The position numbers were made by a program, and so were the translations under genes. A stretch of DNA of 50,135 bases. Origin: Christensenellales bacterium (GTDB lineage Bacteria; Bacillota; Clostridia; Christensenellales; CAG-138). The notes beneath the pieces are model-generated. The model did not search any database. It saw nothing but the letters and a program-made list of their open reading frames with translations, and was not told where the DNA came from. Positions 9,486-17,670 of this stretch are shown here, in pieces. Positions within the stretch are counted from its first letter, which is position 1; each line of letters begins with the position of its first letter. The DNA lies in contig JBGVAK010000071.1 of assembly GCA_045224495.1 (NCBI GenBank), positions 1 to 50,135 on the forward strand, in the 5' to 3' direction.

Positions 9486-10450
9486 GCGACATTTTGCTGG
9501 AGGTCAAAAACCTCAAAAAATATTTCAAGACGCCCAGAGGTATCCTGCATGCTGTGGATGACGTGAGTTTTGCGCTGGAGCGGGGCAAGACGTTGGGTGT
9601 GGTGGGAGAATCCGGCTGCGGCAAAACCACCACAGGCCGGGCGATCCTTCGCCTGGTGGAGCCCACCAGCGGAGAGGTGATCTTCGAGGGCAGGGACATC
9701 ACCAAGATCTCTGCAAACGAGATGCGGCTCATGCGCAAAGAGATGCAGCTGATCTTCCAAGACCCGTTCTCCTCCCTTGATCCGCGCATGACGGTCAGCG
9801 AAGCCATCGAGGAACCGTTGATCCTCTCCAAGCTCCACAGGAATAAGGATGAACGCTTCGAACGGGTCCTGGAGCTGATGGACACCGTCGGCCTGGCTCG
9901 CCGCCTCCTGAACGCCTATCCTCACGAGTTGGACGGCGGTCGCCGCCAGCGTATCGGTATCGCCCGGGCCCTGTCGGTCCGGCCCAAATTCATCGTCTGC
10001 GACGAGCCGGTGTCCGCGTTGGACGTTTCCATCCAGGCACAGATCCTGAACCTGATGAAGGAGGTGCAAAAGGAATACGGGCTCACATACATATTCATCA
10101 CGCACGATCTGTCCGTTGTAAACCACTTCTCTGACGACATCGCCGTCATGTATCTGGGACGGTTGATCGAAAAAGCGCCTACCGAGGCGCTGTTTGAAAA
10201 GCCCTTGCATCCGTATACGCAGGCGTTGCTTTCCGCCATCCCGATCCCGCGGCTGCACGACAGGGGGACTCGGATCCCCATCAAGGGCGAGATCACGTCG
10301 CCGATCGACCCCAAACCGGTTTGCCGGTTTGCCAACAGGTGCCCCTATTGTACGGAAAAATGCCAAACTGTCGAACCGGAATTGGTCGAAGTGAGCCAAG
10401 GGCATTTCGTCGCCTGTCACAAGGTGATGGAAGATCTGAAACTGAATTGA
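9482..10450 (+). CDS. Oligo/dipeptide ABC ATP-binding protein (DppF-like)
   Basis: ATGA overlap with the preceding gene. Walker A GESGCGKT, signature-region LDGGRRQR, Walker [13 protein letters not shown]. Confidence 0.92.
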   Translation: MSDILLEVKNLKKYFKTPRGILHAVDDVSFALERGKTLGVVGESGCGKTTTGRAILRLVEPTSGEVIFEGRDITKISANEMRLMRKEMQLIFQDPFSSLDPRMTVSEAIEEPLILSKLHRNKDERFERVLELMDTVGLARRLLNAYPHELDGGRRQRIGIARALSVRPKFIVCDEPVSALDVSIQAQILNLMKEVQKEYGLTYIFITHDLSVVNHFSDDIAVMYLGRLIEKAPTEALFEKPLHPYTQALLSAIPIPRLHDRGTRIPIKGEITSPIDPKPVCRFANRCPYCTEKCQTVEPELVEVSQGHFVACHKVMEDLKLN

Positions 10451-10531
10451 TCCTTTCCCTGTCGAAAGCGGTTTTGGACAGGACCTCACGAAATAATACA
10501 AGCAGCTTTTCACTGCAGAAAGGGAAAAAAG

Positions 10532-11650
10532 ATGGGTAAATGTACGGAATTCTTGTATTTGAACGAGCAGGAGATGATCCAGGCGGGCGTCCTTGATTAT
10601 GCCCGCTGCATCGACGTGGAAGAGGAGATATTCGGCCTTCTCAGCAAGGGCGATTATGTGATGGGCGGGGACAAGCACAATTCCCACGGCATCATGATCA
10701 AGTTCCCGAAGGAGAGCGAATTCCCCAACATGCCGCTGGAGGGACCGGACCGTCGCTTCATGGCCATGCCGGCGTACCTGGGCGGCCGGTTCAACGTATG
10801 CGGCGTCAAGTGGTACGGTTCCAATATCATCAACCCCCAGCGCGGCCTGCCCCGCTCCATCCTGATGGTGATGCTCAACGACCCGGACACCTGTGAACCC
10901 ATCGCCCTCATGTCAGCCAACCTGATCAGCTCCGTGCGGACGGGCTGCGTGCCTGGCGTGGGGACGCGCTACCTGGCCAGGAAGGACGCGGCGGTGTGCA
11001 CCTGCATCGGCGCCGGCCCCGTGAGCAAAGCCTGCTTCGATGCCATTGTGGTTGAGGCGAAAAACCTGAAGGAGGTCGTCATCTTCGATATCGTCAAGGA
11101 AAAGGGGGAGGCCTTCGCCCGGGAGGTCACGGAGAAATACGGTCTCAAAGCGCGGGCTGCGGATTCCCTGGAGGAGGCCGTCCGTGCAGGCGATATCGTG
11201 AACGCGGCCACCTCGTCGGTGGTGCCTCTCAAGCTGGACGGAGAATGGCTCAAGCCCGGTTCCCTGGCCCTGTTCTCCGGCCGTTTCACCATCGATGAAC
11301 CCTATTTCCAGTCCGCGAAGATCTTCTGGGACAATCCTAAGATGCACGAGGAGTACTTCGAGGAGCACCTGCTGCTGCCGGAGGATCAGCGGTTCGTCAA
11401 CGGCATCGGTGTCCAGATCTATAGGATGATGTACGAAGGGAAGCTTCCTCCGGTCACGGAAGCGAAAGGACTTGGCGACGTGATCAATGGTACGATACCT
11501 GGCCGTGAGTCGGAGGACGATCGGATCTGCTTCATTGCCGGAGGCATGCCCGTCTGGGATGTGGGCTGGTCCTTCGATCTGCTTCAGAACGCAAAGGCCA
11601 TGGGCCTTGGGCAAACGCTCAAGATCTGGGATTCTCCCTACCTCAACTGA
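10532..11650 (+). CDS. Ornithine cyclodeaminase / mu-crystallin family protein
   Basis: 372 aa with a Rossmann segment CTCIGAGPVSKA and the overall OCD_Mu_crystall layout. Substrate unknown. Confidence 0.75.
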   Translation: MGKCTEFLYLNEQEMIQAGVLDYARCIDVEEEIFGLLSKGDYVMGGDKHNSHGIMIKFPKESEFPNMPLEGPDRRFMAMPAYLGGRFNVCGVKWYGSNIINPQRGLPRSILMVMLNDPDTCEPIALMSANLISSVRTGCVPGVGTRYLARKDAAVCTCIGAGPVSKACFDAIVVEAKNLKEVVIFDIVKEKGEAFAREVTEKYGLKARAADSLEEAVRAGDIVNAATSSVVPLKLDGEWLKPGSLALFSGRFTIDEPYFQSAKIFWDNPKMHEEYFEEHLLLPEDQRFVNGIGVQIYRMMYEGKLPPVTEAKGLGDVINGTIPGRESEDDRICFIAGGMPVWDVGWSFDLLQNAKAMGLGQTLKIWDSPYLN

Positions 11651-11701
11651 ACCCTGTGGCTGCATACCGGCTCAAACTGAACGCATAAGGGGATTATCGA
11701 G

Positions 11702-12427
11702 ATGAAAAAAACTGTTTTGATCACCAGTACATGTACGTTCGATGCGAGCAAAAGCAGGTATTATTACAAACTCGATCAAGCCTATGGGGATGCCGTCGCT
11801 GCGGGCGGCGGCATCCCTGTCATCGTCAGCACCGAGAAGATCCCGGAAGACTATGCCGATATGGCGGACGGTCTCCTGCTTACGGGCGGGGAAAGCGTCC
11901 ACCCGGCATACTACGGCGAAACCTTCGATCACCTCGCCAACGACAAAATGGACACGATCCTGTTTCTTCGCTATGGATGCAACGCCGTGCGGGATGAAAC
12001 GGAGATGGCGCTCTTTAGGGCATTCGCCCAGCGCGGCAAACCGATCCTGGGCATCTGCCGGGGCATGCAGGTCATCAACGCCGCCACCGGCGGAAAGAAC
12101 GATCTGGATTTCCCCCGCAGGCATCCTGTGGAGCACAATCTGGGCGTCTCCCATGAAGTCGTTGCGGAGCCGGATTCCCTGGTGGGACGCCTTTTCGGTG
12201 AGCGATTCATCACCAACAGCTATCATAGGGATTGCGCTGTTTCCCCCGGCCCGGACATGCGGGTGACGGCACGATCGGTCGATGGCATCATCGAAGCGAT
12301 CGAACATATACGGCAGCCCATCTGGGGCGTCCAGTTTCACCCGGAGCGCATGCGCGGGGATCATCCGAATCCGATCTTTGGACAGGACGCTACGGAGCTG
12401 TTCCGCTTCTTCGTCGATCGCTGCTGA
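11702..12427 (+). CDS. Peptidase C26 / gamma-glutamyl-gamma-aminobutyrate hydrolase family (class I glutamine amidotransferase-like)
   Basis: Carries GICRGMQVIN (nucleophile Cys) and GVQFHPE (His/Glu) motifs. Confidence 0.88.
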   Translation: MKKTVLITSTCTFDASKSRYYYKLDQAYGDAVAAGGGIPVIVSTEKIPEDYADMADGLLLTGGESVHPAYYGETFDHLANDKMDTILFLRYGCNAVRDETEMALFRAFAQRGKPILGICRGMQVINAATGGKNDLDFPRRHPVEHNLGVSHEVVAEPDSLVGRLFGERFITNSYHRDCAVSPGPDMRVTARSVDGIIEAIEHIRQPIWGVQFHPERMRGDHPNPIFGQDATELFRFFVDRC

Positions 12428-12456
12428 CGGCATTAGGATAGAGCACAGGCAAGATT

Positions 12457-12487
12457 GCCCGCGCCTTGCGCGCGGGGCGTGGTTTTT
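12457..12487 (+). terminator. Intrinsic terminator or attenuator
   Basis: GCCCGCGC-cttg-CGCGCGGGG followed by CGTGGTTTTTG. Confidence 0.55.
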
Positions 12488-12521
12488 GCAGGCTGAAATA
12501 GCATCGTTTGAGGGAAAGATC

Positions 12522-13919
12522 ATGAAAAGCAATCCGACGCATAACAGCAAAGGTGTCAGCGTAGTCGATTTCTTCTGTATCGGCTTTGGAGCGATCGTCG
12601 GCGTGGGTTGGGCGGTCTCCATCAACTCCTGGATGGTGAATTCCGGCGGGCCTTTACCGGCAGCGCTGGGGTTCATCTTGGCCCTGGTGATGATGATCCC
12701 CGTTTCCCTGGCCTACTGCGAGCTGGTCCCCATGTATCCGGAGGCAGGCGGCGGCATGGTCTTTGCCCTGCAGGCGTTCGGCCGGCTGTTAGCCCTGTTT
12801 TCGGGCTGGGCGGCTTTCGGCGCGTTCGTCGCCATCATTCCCTGGGAAGCCATCCAGATCACCACCATGCTGGGGTATCTCATCCCGGGGCTCGTTTCGG
12901 GGGAGCCGCTGTACACCCTGGCGGGGTCCGGGATCTATCCGGCGACCATCATCATCGGCACGGTCTTTTCCGTGGTGCTGTTTCTGCTGAACCGGAAGGG
13001 GCTTGCCATGGCCGCCAAGGTCCAGAAGGTCCTGTGCTTCTTTTTGATTGCGACCGCGCTGATCGGCGCCGTAGCCTCCGTGTGCGCCGGCAGCCTCCAC
13101 AACCTGGAGCCGTCGTACAAAAACGTTTCTGACACCTCGATGCACGGGTCCTTCTTCGGCGGTATGCTGGCGGTGATCGCTTCCGCGCCGTTCTTTCTGG
13201 CTGGATTCGAAACCATACCCCAGGGCATCGAAAACGCCTCCGGGAGCGTGAAGTCCGTCGGGAAGACCGTCGTCTTGTCGGGCCTGTGCTCCTGCCTGTT
13301 CTATGCTCTCTTGCTGTTCTGTTTCGGCATGGCGATGCCGTGGCAGACCTTTGTCACCCTGGAGAAACCGGCAGCGGCGGTCATGATGCGCGAAGTGTAT
13401 CCCGGTACCACGGGCAGGCTGCTGTACGGGGTCCTGGTCGTGGGTGCCATCGCCGGACTGGTCACCACGTGGAACGGCTTCTTCACAGCGTCCGCAAACC
13501 TGCTCATGGCCATGGGGCGGAAAAAGCTGGTGCCGTCCGCGCTTGCCAAGCAGGATGAGAACGGCATCCCCGTCAACGGATTATACATCTGCCTGGGACT
13601 GTCCCTTTTGGGGCCTTTGCTGGGCGACGGCCTGATCGATACGCTGACCTGCTTTTCCACGGCTGCGTTCGTGCTTTCCTGGTTGATCACGGCCATGTGT
13701 CTGGTCAAGCTTCGCTATGCGCAGCCAGACCTGCCGCGTCCCTACAGCATCCCGGGCGGGCTGAAGATGGGCTGGTTCGCCGTCATCGTAGCGGCTATAG
13801 TGTTCCTGCTTCTGCTCATTCCGGGCAACCCGGCTTTTGTGGGGACCAAGTCGTTGATCACCTTCGCGGCCTGGATGGGCATCGGTCTGCTGCTATACGC
13901 GCTCAACAACAGATCATAG
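12522..13919 (+). CDS. APC-family amino acid permease
   Basis: ORF 12282.. trimmed to ATG 12522 (MKSNPTHNSKGVSVVDFFCIGFGAIVGVGW). About 12 hydrophobic segments. Confidence 0.88.
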   Translation: MKSNPTHNSKGVSVVDFFCIGFGAIVGVGWAVSINSWMVNSGGPLPAALGFILALVMMIPVSLAYCELVPMYPEAGGGMVFALQAFGRLLALFSGWAAFGAFVAIIPWEAIQITTMLGYLIPGLVSGEPLYTLAGSGIYPATIIIGTVFSVVLFLLNRKGLAMAAKVQKVLCFFLIATALIGAVASVCAGSLHNLEPSYKNVSDTSMHGSFFGGMLAVIASAPFFLAGFETIPQGIENASGSVKSVGKTVVLSGLCSCLFYALLLFCFGMAMPWQTFVTLEKPAAAVMMREVYPGTTGRLLYGVLVVGAIAGLVTTWNGFFTASANLLMAMGRKKLVPSALAKQDENGIPVNGLYICLGLSLLGPLLGDGLIDTLTCFSTAAFVLSWLITAMCLVKLRYAQPDLPRPYSIPGGLKMGWFAVIVAAIVFLLLLIPGNPAFVGTKSLITFAAWMGIGLLLYALNNRS

Positions 13920-14005
13920 AAGGACACGTCGAGCGAGGGAAGCGTTCGACAGGCTGATGGAAGGCATGACTCTTTGGTACCCGTTCGAATCCATTCTTGT
14001 ATTAA

Positions 14006-14040
14006 AACGACCTCCCAAAACCTTGGGGGGTCGTTCTTTG
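14006..14040. terminator. Bidirectional terminator between convergent genes
   Basis: ACGACCTCCC-aaaacc-TTGGGGGGTCGT has T-rich runs on both strands. Confidence 0.6.
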
Positions 14041-14092
14041 GTATGGAGGCCCAGTTGTTACCAATGGGTGATTTCCTATCTTAGTGCACTTT

Positions 14093-14389
14093 TTACTCGA
14101 TGGTCAGGATGTCCAGGAAGCCTGTGACCTCGAAGATTTCCATGACAACCTCGTTTACATGGACCAGCTTCATGCTCCCCTGCTTGTTCATCTGCTTCTG
14201 CGCCGACAGCAGCACCCGCAGGCCGGCGGAGGAGATGTACTCCAGCGCATCAAAATCCAGCGTCAGTTCCTTCACGCCGCTGAGGCAGCTCTTGAGCTCC
14301 TGCTCAAGCTGAGGCGCGGTCATGGTGTCGAGTCTGCCCTGCAGAGCGATCTCTAGCACGTTGCCGTTCTCTTTTTTTATGATGTTCAT
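14093..14389 (-). CDS. STAS-domain protein (anti-sigma-factor-antagonist/SpoIIAA-like)
   Basis: Trimmed to ATG 14389 after AAGGAGA. The segment LDFDALEYISSAGLRVLLSAQK is the STAS core. Confidence 0.85.
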   Translation of the reverse strand: MNIIKKENGNVLEIALQGRLDTMTAPQLEQELKSCLSGVKELTLDFDALEYISSAGLRVLLSAQKQMNKQGSMKLVHVNEVVMEIFEVTGFLDILTIE

Positions 14390-14402
14390 TCCAGAATTCT
14401 CC

Positions 14403-14684
14403 TTAATCAAAGCTCTTGAAAACAGTCATGTCGACGGTGCCGCCGCGGATGCCGATCTTCACCTCGTCGGCGACCCTGCGCAGGATGGACTGCTCGTATT
14501 CGTCCCATTCGGGGATCTCGATGTTGCGGTTGACCATATCGTCCATGGCACGGTTTCAGCAGCAGCCGGGGACGCCCTTGGCGCGGTGGTGCTTGACGCA
14601 CGCCACACAGTTGCCGTGGCGGGGGCAATTTCGGGTGCAGGGACGGTCTTCGGTGAGGACGGGCAGGGGCTTGGTTTCTATGAT
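14403..14684 (-). CDS. Cys-rich small ORF with no canonical start and an in-frame TGA (14556-14558): selenoprotein or readthrough candidate, or a recent pseudogene
   Basis: Manual translation after AAGGAG (14694-14699): (ATC)IETKPLPVLTEDRPCTRNCPRHGNCVACVKHHRAKGVPGCC-TGA-NRAMDDMVNRNIEIPEWDEYEQSILRRVADEVKIGIRGGTVDMTVFKSFD-TAA. GC3-rich codon usage continues after the TGA, and the downstream half has no RBS of its own. Confidence 0.4.
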
Positions 14685-14702
14685 GCGATGTTTCTCCTTG
14701 AC

Positions 14703-15683
14703 TCAGTCGAATTGACGGGAATACTGGGTGACGTTGGCGGTGAGAAGCTTCAGGGACTTCACGTAGAGGCGGGCGACCTCCTCTGTCACGGCGATGAAAT
14801 CCCGGGCGAACTGGGGCATGGGATCGTCCCGCCGATAGACAAGGGACATGGCGTTCTTTTGGAGGGAATGGCAGATAGGGAAGGAGATCATGCCGTCCAG
14901 CTCCTGCTGCCGGTCGAAGAGGGCGATGGGCGAGATGACCGCGAGGCCCATGTTCCGCCGGGCCAGCTCGTAGAGAAGGAGCTGGGAGTTGGATTCAAAA
15001 TAGATGTAGGGGCGGACGCTGCCGTCCAGATAGTATTTGTCCAGTTGGCGGCGGATGCGATTGGAGGGCTGGGTGACCAGCAGGGGCAGGCCGTGGAGGG
15101 TGCGGATGTCTCGCTCGTTGTTTAGGAAGTGCTGCATCTCCGATTCCTCGGAGAACTGCGCCCGGAAAAAGCTTTGGGAGGAGCAGCCCCAGATCTCCTC
15201 CTCCACCAGAGGCACCTGGACCTCGTTCATGCCGGTCTCCACGTTGACGCCCACGTACATGTCCACCTTGTTCTCCAGCAGCAGTCCCTGTAGCACGTCC
15301 GTACTGCCGTCCACCAGCTCGATGGTCACGTTGGGGTAGGCCTTCCGATATCGCTCCATGATGTCGGGCATCATAGCGTTGGCCCTAAGCCGGGCGATGC
15401 CAATGCGGATGCGGCCCCGGCAATTGATGCTGATGTCGTGGAGGTTGGCCCGGAGGGCCTTTTCGGCGGACAGGATCTGCTGGGCCCAGTACCGCAGTTC
15501 CTCCCCCTTTTGCGTCAGGGACAGGACGGGCTTGCGGTGAAAGAGCTCCGCGTCGTATTCCGCTTCCAGCCGCTGGATGTGGCTGCTGAGGGCTTGCTGG
15601 GTGATGAACAGACGCTCCGCCGCCCGGGTGAAGTTCATCTCCTCCGTGACCACCAGAAAGTATTCCAGACTCCGCAGGTTCAT
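14703..15683 (-). CDS. LysR-family transcriptional regulator
   Basis: N-terminal HTH MNLRSLEYFLVVTEEMNFTRAAERLFITQQALSSHIQRLE with a LysR substrate-binding-like C-terminus. Confidence 0.92.
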   Translation of the reverse strand: MNLRSLEYFLVVTEEMNFTRAAERLFITQQALSSHIQRLEAEYDAELFHRKPVLSLTQKGEELRYWAQQILSAEKALRANLHDISINCRGRIRIGIARLRANAMMPDIMERYRKAYPNVTIELVDGSTDVLQGLLLENKVDMYVGVNVETGMNEVQVPLVEEEIWGCSSQSFFRAQFSEESEMQHFLNNERDIRTLHGLPLLVTQPSNRIRRQLDKYYLDGSVRPYIYFESNSQLLLYELARRNMGLAVISPIALFDRQQELDGMISFPICHSLQKNAMSLVYRRDDPMPQFARDFIAVTEEVARLYVKSLKLLTANVTQYSRQFD

Positions 15684-15820
15684 AGAACCACCTCACAAGA
15701 TAAATAATGAACAATATAAAATATAGACTCAAAAGGTCTCAAGCAGCTGGAAAAATCTTTCTCCGGCTGCTCGTTTTTTGTGCAAATTCTGAAGAAAAAA
15801 GACAGGGTGAAGATCAGCCG

Positions 15821-15851
15821 TGTTGTCAATTTGTTGTCAAAATGTTGTCAA
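15821..15851. repeat. Three phased direct repeats of TGTTGTCAA (11-nt period)
   Basis: Copies at 15821-15829, 15832-15840 and 15843-15851, read directly. The reverse complement contains TTGACA. Confidence 0.9.
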
Positions 15852-15900
15852 AACCCGAAATGAGTGCAAATTCGAGCCGTTTTTCCCGATCGCTAAATAC

Positions 15901-15925
15901 GAAAAAAGCCCGATTTCTCGGGCTT
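15901..15925 (-). terminator. Intrinsic terminator downstream of the tRNA 3' fragment
   Basis: On the minus strand, AGCCCGA-gaaa-TCGGGCT is followed by TTTTTTC. Confidence 0.6.
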
Positions 15926-15931
15926 CTTGAG

Positions 15932-15952
15932 TGGTAGCGGCGACGGATTTGA
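15932..15952 (-). other. Orphan tRNA 3' end (T-loop to CCA), a probable att remnant
   Basis: The minus strand reads TCAAATCCGTCGCCGCTACCA (T-loop, T-stem, acceptor strand, CCA). Upstream sequence cannot fold into the rest of a tRNA: there is no matching 5' acceptor strand or T-stem. Confidence 0.55.
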
Positions 15953-16057
15953 TCGTTCACATAAGACAGCACCTGCCCATCCTGCTGGGAACGCATTTTT
16001 CGGTCCCTCGGGAGAACACATCACACAGAGTAGCTATATAAAAAGGAGGCAATATCC

Positions 16058-16411
16058 ATGGAACTGACATACACGGAGAAAGACGGACTCCTATTCCCAA
16101 ACCTTGAACTTGACGAGCAGCCAGAAGGCAGCATCGGCAAGTATGGCCGGATGCGCAAGCGCTACCTGGAGCAAAAGCACGACGGCACTTTCACCGCCCT
16201 GGTCCTCTCCGGCAAACTGACGGAACACTTACTAGAAATCGACCACACGGCCAGGGAACAACTCGAAGTCACAGTCGTTCAAATGGCAGCCGCAGAGGGC
16301 ATCACCGAACAGCTAAAAGCCACAGACCAAATGGAGTGGCTCCGTCGCACGAACAGCATCCGCAACCGGGCGGAAGAGATCGTCATCCGGGAAGTGGTTT
16401 ACGTGGAATAA
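16058..16411 (+). CDS. tnpV: Transposon-encoded TnpV-like protein
   Basis: MELTYTEKDGLLFPNLELDEQPEGSIGKYGRMRKRYLEQ... is the characteristic TnpV N-terminus seen on clostridial mobilisable and conjugative transposons. AAAGGAGG RBS. Confidence 0.8.
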   Translation: MELTYTEKDGLLFPNLELDEQPEGSIGKYGRMRKRYLEQKHDGTFTALVLSGKLTEHLLEIDHTAREQLEVTVVQMAAAEGITEQLKATDQMEWLRRTNSIRNRAEEIVIREVVYVE

Positions 16412-16432
16412 CGGATAACGGTTATACACAGC

Positions 16433-16471
16433 ATTTAACCCCTTTAGCCTATAAGTCTAAAGGGGTTAAAT
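16433..16471. terminator. Perfect 15-bp hairpin between convergent genes
   Basis: ATTTAACCCCTTTAG (16433-16447), a 9-nt loop, then CTAAAGGGGTTAAAT (16457-16471). Confidence 0.6.
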
Positions 16472-16499
16472 CGTTATCAATAAATGTGATTTGTTCGAT

Positions 16500-17600
16500 T
16501 CAGTCTGCCAATGCTTTGGGTTCATCCTCTACAACTTCGATTGTCGTTTTCAAGAAACGTGTATCACAGTTACATATTGTCGAAATAAAGTAATCCATTT
16601 TTTGAACTGATCTGCAAACACGATTGTGATAAGCCATCACCCAAATATATTTCTTTAGGATCTTTTCTCGTGTTTCTGCCTCTTTGATATTCTCCAATGC
16701 AATATCAACATAGTTCCCAAATTCTTTTAACTTATTTTGCACTATTCTTTTATGCGCTTGCAAAAACAACTCCTGTGTTTGCTTTTGCTGATCCTGGATA
16801 TTTGCTTTAGGCATAAACATTTCAGCATCCTTGGGAGAAGCTGTGAGCACTGCTTTACTGAACTGTTCAATAACATCAGGAGCTATAATACTGGACAAAT
16901 CAATGATATACAGATAGTTTACAACCCAACAGTTATCATCCCACGATACCATAATATCTTTGTTCAGATATTGAAATAATTGATCAAGAAAGCAATTGTT
17001 GTTCGCAACAGCACATTGCTTAGCATCTTCCTCTGAAACATTTTCTCCATTCTTCATTTTTTCTACGATTTTCAAAGCGTGCTCATACGCTTTGTGAGAA
17101 CAGAATCTCGTATTATTAAGCTCGTTGACTATATCTTTGCTAATAAGAATACGAGGATATTGTGCTGTTCCTTCCATTGAAACCGCATCTATTACTCCTT
17201 GGCCAAAGACATAGTCATCATTGAAGGACAATTGTCCTTTGACAATTCCTCCCCTAACAAATAAACCATAATCCAGCACAAAGCCACGTTGGATATCGGA
17301 AACCGCCTTGATAAAAGCGAGCGATCTAACCGGTTCCAACCTATCATCACTGGTTTCCATGCAGAGTAATATGTTGTCCGAAAATAATCTTTCCCTAATA
17401 TCTATTTGAGCAAACTCTCCCAGCAACGGTGACTGTCGTAGGATACTGATATGCTCCTTGGTCCTTTGGATCGCATTGTGAATCGAGTTCAACAGTTCCG
17501 GAACTTTATCAGGATGTTGCCGGAAAAACTCTTTATATCCTAGAATATCGAAATAAGCAATATAATACTCTTTAATCAGATTCGGTACCGAATACGCCAT
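16500..17600 (-). CDS. Orphan protein with a nucleotidyl-cyclase-like (class III cyclase/GGDEF-type palm) N-domain and an unknown C-terminal domain
   Basis: Trimmed to ATG 17600 after GGAAAGGA, giving 366 aa. Strongly AT-rich. Motifs are AYFDILGYKEFF (D18), RLFSDNILLC (D75) and FVRGGIVKGQL...GQGVIDAVSMEGTAQYPRILIS. The fold assignment is by eye only. Confidence 0.85.
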   Translation of the reverse strand: MAYSVPNLIKEYYIAYFDILGYKEFFRQHPDKVPELLNSIHNAIQRTKEHISILRQSPLLGEFAQIDIRERLFSDNILLCMETSDDRLEPVRSLAFIKAVSDIQRGFVLDYGLFVRGGIVKGQLSFNDDYVFGQGVIDAVSMEGTAQYPRILISKDIVNELNNTRFCSHKAYEHALKIVEKMKNGENVSEEDAKQCAVANNNCFLDQLFQYLNKDIMVSWDDNCWVVNYLYIIDLSSIIAPDVIEQFSKAVLTASPKDAEMFMPKANIQDQQKQTQELFLQAHKRIVQNKLKEFGNYVDIALENIKEAETREKILKKYIWVMAYHNRVCRSVQKMDYFISTICNCDTRFLKTTIEVVEDEPKALAD

Positions 17601-17670
17601 GTTTACAGTCCTTTCCAGATGCAAACAGAAATTGCATCACATATAACAAATTAATATGTGCAATTACGCT

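Noticed and set aside
12282-12521. 80-codon N-terminal extension of the APC permease ORF, overlapping the C26 hydrolase gene and a terminator.
   Set aside because: The extension is translated from the other gene's 3' end and a terminator hairpin. The permease-like sequence and its RBS begin at 12522.
14407-14628. 73-aa minus-strand ORF (MPPPRQLCGV...) and 99-aa plus-strand ORF 14416-14715, listed between the STAS and LysR genes.
   Set aside because: Both give Arg/Pro-rich, non-protein-like translations and lack an RBS. The frame that follows the AAGGAG RBS is the Cys-rich one reported above, which is interrupted by TGA.
15707-15937. 76-aa plus-strand ORF in the LysR-tRNA gap.
   Set aside because: It has no RBS and runs through the repeat array and a terminator hairpin. 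Its composition is atypical and it is most likely non-coding.
15932-16010. Possible complete tRNA gene on the minus strand ending in ...GCCGCTACCA.
   Set aside because: Only the T-loop to CCA part is present. The upstream sequence provides no complementary 5' acceptor strand, T-stem, anticodon arm or D arm.
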